From: a virus
Taxonomy: Duplodnaviria; Heunggongvirae; Uroviricota; Caudoviricetes
IMG/VR virus record: IMGVR_UViG_2778261179_000004
DNA: 7,422 nt
Reading direction: 5' to 3' (one strand)
Shown here: positions 1 to 7,422 of the stretch, one piece after another
Layout of the letters: the number at the start of each line of letters is the position of its first letter
How positions within the stretch are numbered: position 1 is the first letter of the stretch
Made by a program: the position numbers and the translations under genes
Notes under the pieces: model-generated
Told to the model about the DNA's origin: nothing
The model's database searches: none
The model's input: the letters and a program-made list of their open reading frames with translations, nothing else

Positions 1-35
1 CCGTCTTTCAGTACACCTGAAATCTTTACTGCCAT
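1..35 (-). CDS. stf: side tail fiber protein, N-terminal 11 codons only (gene continues beyond window start)
   Basis: Minus-strand ATG at 33-35 reads MAVKISGVLKD(G), which I recognise as the start of lambda Stf (orf-401). It sits 64 nt downstream of the lom stop, the spacing I recall for lambda, with a GGGG/GGTG Shine-Dalgarno-like element about 6 nt upstream. Only 35 nt lie in the window, so support is limited. Confidence 0.45.
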   Translation of the reverse strand, partial: MAVKISGVLKD

Positions 36-44
36 ATTCACCCC

Positions 45-73
45 ACAAAAAAGCCCGCCTGAACCGGCGGGCT
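45..73 (-). terminator. intrinsic terminator downstream of lom
   Basis: Perfect 8-bp stem (+ strand 52-59 agcccgcc pairing with 66-73 ggcgggct), 6-nt loop, followed on the minus strand by a U-tract (+ strand A-run 47-52). Lies 27 nt after the lom stop codon. Confidence 0.7.
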
Positions 74-99
74 GTCATAACACTGTGTTACCTGGCTAA

Positions 100-699
100 T
101 CAGAATTTATAACCGACACCCACGATGAAACCGTCAGTGCGCCAGTCGCCACTGCCGGAGCCTTCATAAGCAATATCAATGGCCACGGATTCGGTCGGGT
201 TAAACTGCACGCCAGCTCCCCACGCCAGAGACGTGTTGCTGTGGCGACCGTCATCACTTCCGGTCAGCACGTCGTGCGTTTTCCCCTTATTGTCAGTTAC
301 GCGGAGATAATCCCCGGAGAAAGTCGACACACGGCTGTAAGCCACACCCGCCATCGCATACGCGCTGAACCATTCATTCACGCGCACAGACGGCCCCGCC
401 ATTACGCTGAACCAGCGGTTACGAACGGAATCTTCATGCCAGCGGGTATCGCTGTAACGGGTAAGCTGGCGATTCTTGTCTCCTGCATAGCTGAAAGACG
501 TCACCATCCCCAGTGTGTCCGTAAACTCATAACGGTATTTCACGTTAATCCCGTTCAGATCATCGCTGCCGGGAACGTTCGTCGAGACATGAAGATACCC
601 CGCGCTCAGCGTGGACTGATGTTCAGACGCCCATGCAGGCGCACCGGATACGGCCAGACAAATGGCTGCGGACAAAATGGCGGCATAAAGTTTACGCAT
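100..699 (-). CDS. lom: Lom, Ail/Lom/PagC-family outer-membrane beta-barrel protein (lysogenic-conversion type)
   Basis: 199-aa ORF. N-terminal signal peptide [24 protein letters not shown] with an AxA cleavage site before SEHQ; C-terminal aromatic residue (GYKF) typical of OMP beta-barrels; conserved Ail/Lom blocks ([32 protein letters not shown]). GAGAGG Shine-Dalgarno (+ strand 705-710) 5 nt upstream of the ATG. Sits directly after J as in lambda. Confidence 0.92.
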   Translation of the reverse strand: MRKLYAAILSAAICLAVSGAPAWASEHQSTLSAGYLHVSTNVPGSDDLNGINVKYRYEFTDTLGMVTSFSYAGDKNRQLTRYSDTRWHEDSVRNRWFSVMAGPSVRVNEWFSAYAMAGVAYSRVSTFSGDYLRVTDNKGKTHDVLTGSDDGRHSNTSLAWGAGVQFNPTESVAIDIAYEGSGSGDWRTDGFIVGVGYKF

Positions 700-720
700 A
701 ATTACCTCTCGCTTTTCTGC

Positions 721-747
721 AATAAAAAAGGCGTCATTTCTGACGCC
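721..747 (-). terminator. intrinsic terminator between J and lom
   Basis: Perfect 7-bp stem (+ strand 730-736 ggcgtca pairing with 741-747 tgacgcc) with a 4-nt loop (GAAA on the minus strand), followed on the minus strand by UUUUUUAUU (+ strand 721-729). Starts 19 nt after the J stop. Confidence 0.7.
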
Positions 748-765
748 CGTTCTGGGTTATAAAAT

Positions 766-4167
<3,402 letters not shown>

Positions 4168-4174
4168 TCACGCT

Positions 4175-4206
4175 CCATAAATGACAAAACCGCCCGCAGG
4201 CGGTTT
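4175..4206 (-). other. intercistronic stem-loop between I and J (terminator-like or RNA-structure element)
   Basis: Perfect 8-bp inverted repeat (+ strand 4187-4194 aaaccgcc pairing with 4199-4206 ggcggttt), loop CGCA. On the minus strand the stem is followed by UUUUGUCAUUUAU and then the J Shine-Dalgarno and ATG. Confidence 0.4.
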
Positions 4207-4224
4207 CACATAAAACATTTTGCA

Positions 4225-4896
4225 TCAGCGACCAATCACCACAACCTGACCACCGTCCCCTTCGTCTGCCGTGCTGATCTCCTGAGAAACCACACGTGAC
4301 CCCACGCGCATTTCACCGTACAGAACGGGCAGAACATTGCCCTGGGCAACCATGTTATCCAGTGAGGAGAAATAGGTGTTCTGTTTGCCGTTATCCGTTG
4401 TCTGTGTACGGGGAGTTCTGGCTTTCGGTGCCAGCATCTGCGCCACACCACCGAGCACCATACTGGCACCGAGAGAAAACAGGATGCCGGTCATACCACC
4501 GGCCCCAATGGCTGCCCCCCACGCTGCAAGGGTGGCTCCGGCGGTAAAGAATGATCCGGCAATGGCGGCAGCCCCCAGGACAATCTGGAATACGCCACCT
4601 GACTTGGCCCCGGCGACTCTGGGAACAATATGAATCACAGCGCCATCAGGCAGAGTCTCATGTAACTGCGCCGTTAACCCGGACGTGCTGACGTCCCGCC
4701 CGGCAATCCGTACCTGATACCAGCCGTCGCTCAGTTTCTGACGAAACGCCGGGAGCTGTGTGGCCAGTGCCCGGATGGCTTCAGCCCCCGTTTTCACACG
4801 AAGGTCGATGCGGCGGCCAAATCGTTGTAAATCCCCGTAAAGGCAGATGCGTGCCATGCCCGGTGACGCCAGAGGGAGTGTGTGCGTCGCTGCCAT
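4225..4896 (-). CDS. I: tail assembly protein I (ubiquitin-like N-terminal domain, Gly-rich hydrophobic C-terminal region)
   Basis: 223-aa ORF. Sequence MAATHTLPLASPGMARICLYGDLQRFGRRIDLRV... is recognisable as lambda gpI. Overlaps the 3' end of K by 103 nt, as I recall for lambda. AGAGG element about 11 nt upstream of the ATG. Confidence 0.93.
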   Translation of the reverse strand: MAATHTLPLASPGMARICLYGDLQRFGRRIDLRVKTGAEAIRALATQLPAFRQKLSDGWYQVRIAGRDVSTSGLTAQLHETLPDGAVIHIVPRVAGAKSGGVFQIVLGAAAIAGSFFTAGATLAAWGAAIGAGGMTGILFSLGASMVLGGVAQMLAPKARTPRTQTTDNGKQNTYFSSLDNMVAQGNVLPVLYGEMRVGSRVVSQEISTADEGDGGQVVVIGR

Positions 4897-5537
4897 TTGT
4901 CGGTATACCTCTCTCGTTTGCTCAGTTGTTCAGGAATATGGTGCAGCAGCTCGCCATCACCACAGTAAATGGCGGCATGATTCGGCACCGATGAACCAAA
5001 ACAGCACAGCAGCACATCGCCCGGTTGTGCTGATGACAACGGCACCTGATACAGCCCTGTGGCCTCCAGATTATCCAGATAGAGATTCTGACCGTGACGC
5101 CACCAGTCATCCTCGCGATGAAAATCCGGCATCTCAATCCCCGCCAGATGATAAGCATCCCGGAACAGCGTGTAACAGTCCGTCACCCCGTGCTCAAAGC
5201 GCCGCCCGGTGAGATGCGGCACACAGCGGAACTTATGAATCGTCCCCCGGCAGACCAGCCACCACGGCAAATCACTCTGCACCTGCAGCCGCCGGTCGGC
5301 CTCACTCAGCCAGGGCAGACCACCGGGGTGGCTGTGGACCAGCGCCACAATCTCACCCTGCATTTCTGCCTGCAGCCAGTCTTCCGGCGACATACGGAAA
5401 TACGCCTCCGGCTCACCGGAGATATTCACGCAGGGAAAATATCTTTCCCCCTCCGGCGTGCTTACCACGAAGCCGCACGACTCCGCTGGCGCACATCGCC
5501 GGGCGTGCGCCAGAATCGCTGATTCTGTCTGTGTCAT
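4794..5537 (-). CDS. K: tail tip assembly protein K (JAB/MPN metalloprotease-like domain plus NlpC/P60 (C40) peptidase-like domain)
   Basis: 247-aa ORF from the first in-frame ATG, 5 nt after the L stop. Contains JAMM signature H68-x-H70-x7-S78-x2-D81 (HSHPGGLPWLSEAD) with a candidate upstream Glu (E19), and NlpC/P60-like Cys121 (TDCYTLF) and His187 (PNHAAIY). The alternative start is Met49 (ATG at 5391-5393), preceded by GGAGG 11 nt upstream, giving the 199-aa form that I recall as the classical lambda annotation. The 5' boundary is therefore uncertain; the 3' end is firm. Confidence 0.85.
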   Translation of the reverse strand: MTQTESAILAHARRCAPAESCGFVVSTPEGERYFPCVNISGEPEAYFRMSPEDWLQAEMQGEIVALVHSHPGGLPWLSEADRRLQVQSDLPWWLVCRGTIHKFRCVPHLTGRRFEHGVTDCYTLFRDAYHLAGIEMPDFHREDDWWRHGQNLYLDNLEATGLYQVPLSSAQPGDVLLCCFGSSVPNHAAIYCGDGELLHHIPEQLSKRERYTDKWQRRTHSLWRHRAWHASAFTGIYNDLAAASTFV

Positions 5538-5542
5538 GGGAT

Positions 5543-6241
5543 TTACTGCGAAAGTTTGTTAATGGAAAGGAAGCTGCCAAAGTTGCCGACATTATTGCGA
5601 AACTTACAGCCACTCAGGCATTTGCTGCATTTATCCTTCGTGATATCGGACGTCGGCTGGTCATATTCATCCGCGACTGCCGGACCGTGATAACCGCACT
5701 CATCACCGCGATAGGTCCAGGTGCAGGTGTTGGCCAGCATGATACGTCCCGGAAAAACAGCGCCATCCGTTTCCGTCGGTGTGGACAACACAAAGGAGGC
5801 ACTCACCGCACTCAGTTCGCTGCACTGCTCGATGCGCCAGCGGCTGATCACCTCCTGCTCCGGATCGGCGTCGCTGTTTCCGTTGACGAAGTTCACCGCA
5901 TCCAGAAAACGGGAGTAAACCTTACGCCGGACCACCGTTCCGCCGACCAGACTCTGCAGATCTTCCGCCATCCCGGTGACCATACCGTACAGGTTAGAAA
6001 CCGTCAGCGTGGGGCGCGTACTGGTGCCTTTGCCATTCAGTTCAAAACCACTCCCCTGAATGGGATACGGCTGATACTGTCGCCCCTGCCAGGTGACCGG
6101 CTCACCTTTTTCGTTCAGCTCATTACAGAAAAAATAACGTTCTCCACCGACCTCTGTCAGGTCGATTTCCCAGAGCACCACGCTGGCCGACTGCTCCGCA
6201 CGGGTGCATTCATTCAGTGTTTCCTGCCGGATATCCTGCAT
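5543..6241 (-). CDS. L: minor tail protein L (tail tip complex)
   Basis: 232-aa ORF. MQDIRQETLNECTRAEQSASVVLWEIDLTEVGGERYFFC... is recognisable as lambda gpL, including the C-terminal Cys-rich segment (CSKCLSGCKF). Its ATG overlaps the M stop codon (minus strand TGATG). GGTGG Shine-Dalgarno-like element about 7 nt upstream. Confidence 0.95.
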   Translation of the reverse strand: MQDIRQETLNECTRAEQSASVVLWEIDLTEVGGERYFFCNELNEKGEPVTWQGRQYQPYPIQGSGFELNGKGTSTRPTLTVSNLYGMVTGMAEDLQSLVGGTVVRRKVYSRFLDAVNFVNGNSDADPEQEVISRWRIEQCSELSAVSASFVLSTPTETDGAVFPGRIMLANTCTWTYRGDECGYHGPAVADEYDQPTSDITKDKCSKCLSGCKFRNNVGNFGSFLSINKLSQ

Positions 6242-6570
6242 CAGTTCACCACCTGTTCAAACTCTGCGCTGAACTCAACACGCAGCATACTGACCCGCGA
6301 CGACCATTTTGCGCAGGTCACCTTTATCTGCCGCCACTCATAAGGCGGCGTCCACAGAAAGGCTTTCCAGCCCCCGTGCTCTTCCAGAAACGACTCCAGT
6401 ACCGTGGCCTCCTCACGGGGGACAGAAAGCGTCACGCTGTACGTTTTCAGGTTGGCATTCAGCCCGGCAGGCGCTCGCTGGGAATAGCCATCACCAAAGC
6501 GCACCTTTCTTACAGAAGGGGCCGAAGCCACATCCATACCGGGTTTCACTTTCCAGCGGAAGGTTTTCAT
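6241..6570 (-). CDS. M: minor tail protein M (tail tip complex)
   Basis: 109-aa ORF. MKTFRWKVKPGMDVAS...RVEFSAEFEQVVN is recognisable as lambda gpM. Its ATG overlaps the H stop codon (minus strand ATGA). GGAGG (+ strand 6577-6581) 6 nt upstream. Confidence 0.95.
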   Translation of the reverse strand: MKTFRWKVKPGMDVASAPSVRKVRFGDGYSQRAPAGLNANLKTYSVTLSVPREEATVLESFLEEHGGWKAFLWTPPYEWRQIKVTCAKWSSRVSMLRVEFSAEFEQVVN

Positions 6571-7422
6571 CGTCCACCTCCGGAGAACAGGCCACCATCA
6601 CGCATCTGTGTCTGAATTTCATCACGGGCACCCTTGCGGGCCATGTCATACACTGCCTTCATCATCTGTGGACCTGGCAGACCATTCGTACCGTCGTTCT
6701 GAATCACCACGTGATTGTTCTGATTAAAATTAATGCCTTCAGCCCGCCGCATCTGCGCCGGACTTCCGGCACCGCCCACATAACCACCTTCCGCATAGCC
6801 CCGCATCAGGCGGTACAGGTTGCCGACACCAATCCGGCTGGTTGCCTCCTTCGTGAAGACAAATTCACCACGGTGAACAATCCCCGCTGGCTCATATTTG
6901 CCGCCGGTTCCCGTAAATCCCCCGGTCGCAAAATGGAATTTCGCCGCAGCGGCCTGAATGGCTGTACCGCCTGACGCGGATGCTCCACCACTGGCAGCAC
7001 CGCCAATGGCGCTGCCGATACTCCCGACAATCCCCACCATTGCCTGCTTAAGCAGAATTTCTGTCATCATGGACAGCACGGAACGGGTGAAGCTGCGCCA
7101 GTTCTGCTCACTGCCGGTCAGCATCGCCGCCATATTCTGTGCAATACCATCAAAGGTCTGCGTGGCTGCACTTTTAACCTGCGACATACTGTCCGTGGCG
7201 CTCTCTTCCCACTCACTCCAGCCGGACTTCAGGCCTGCCATCCAGCTCCCGCGAAGCTGGTCTTCAGCCGCCCAGGTCTTTTTCTGCTCTGACATGACGT
7301 TATTCAGCGCCAGCGGATTATCGCCATACTGTTCCTTCAGGCGCTGTTCCGTGGCTTCACGTTCTGCCTGCCGGTCAGTCAGCCCCCGGCTTTTCGCATC
7401 AATGGCGGCCCGTTTTGCCCGT
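6567..7422 (-). CDS. H: tail length tape-measure protein H, C-terminal 285 codons (5' end lies beyond the window)
   Basis: The minus-strand frame is open from the window edge (7421) to the stop at 6567-6569; I translated 7296-7421 by hand and found no stop, so the ATG at 7295 in the ORF track is an internal Met. C-terminal sequence ...YGDNPLALNNVMSEQKKTWAAEDQLRG...MRDGGLFSGGGR is recognisable as the lambda gpH C-terminus, with a Gly/Ala-rich hydrophobic segment. Confidence 0.9.
   Translation of the reverse strand, partial: RAKRAAIDAKSRGLTDRQAEREATEQRLKEQYGDNPLALNNVMSEQKKTWAAEDQLRGSWMAGLKSGWSEWEESATDSMSQVKSAATQTFDGIAQNMAAMLTGSEQNWRSFTRSVLSMMTEILLKQAMVGIVGSIGSAIGGAASGGASASGGTAIQAAAAKFHFATGGFTGTGGKYEPAGIVHRGEFVFTKEATSRIGVGNLYRLMRGYAEGGYVGGAGSPAQMRRAEGINFNQNNHVVIQNDGTNGLPGPQMMKAVYDMARKGARDEIQTQMRDGGLFSGGGR

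Noticed and set aside
241-762. 173-aa + strand ORF
   Set aside because: Antisense to lom and the J-lom spacer; no recognisable protein features; lom on the opposite strand has a signal peptide, ribosome-binding site and terminator.
700-765. Sigma70 promoter for lom in the J-lom spacer
   Set aside because: After the terminator hairpin only about 30 nt remain before the ATG. The best -35-like hexamer (TTGCAG) has no properly spaced -10. Any lom promoter probably lies inside the 3' end of J and cannot be placed from sequence alone.
4794-4896. Possible programmed ribosomal frameshift fusing K to I
   Set aside because: No X-XXY-YYZ slippery heptamer found in the overlap; I has its own ATG with an upstream AGAGG. 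Noted as a long overlap only.
4236-5802. Minus and + strand ORFs in alternative frames within I and K (4236-4469, 4296-4547, 4376-4633, 4758-4994, 4847-5212, 4922-5158, 5094-5522, 5413-5613, 5614-5802)
   Set aside because: Embedded in other frames of the confidently called I, K and L genes; Cys/Arg/Trp-rich translations characteristic of off-frame reading; no independent start signals.
5531-6974. + strand ORFs 5531-6343 (270 aa), 6217-6615 (132 aa), 6309-6974 (221 aa) and 5721-5918 (65 aa)
   Set aside because: Antisense to L, M and H, all of which are recognisable lambda tail proteins; the + strand translations are low-complexity with no motifs.
6806-7030. 74-aa minus-strand ORF inside H
   Set aside because: Alternative frame within the H coding region; no support.

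Overview
The whole window is one co-directional block of phage-lambda-type tail genes on the minus strand: tape-measure H (3' 285 codons, runs off the window end), M, L, K, I, the 1132-aa tip/central fiber protein J, the Lom outer-membrane protein, and the first 11 codons of the side tail fiber gene stf. Gene order, sizes and the protein sequences themselves are those of the lambda tail-tip module, so this is a lambdoid phage or prophage from an enterobacterial host and not a new system. No tRNA, rRNA, CRISPR, IS element or integrase is visible. Identification rests on my recognition of the translated proteins; no database search or alignment was run. The points worth a second look are: an AT-richer 3' end of J matching the receptor-binding region; an in-frame upstream start for K that is needed to complete its JAMM metalloprotease motif; the K (JAB plus NlpC/P60) and I (ubiquitin-like domain ending in Gly-Gly) pairing; lom as a terminator-bracketed cassette inside the late operon; and a perfect hairpin between I and J. 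All + strand ORFs in the track are antisense to these genes and are rejected.
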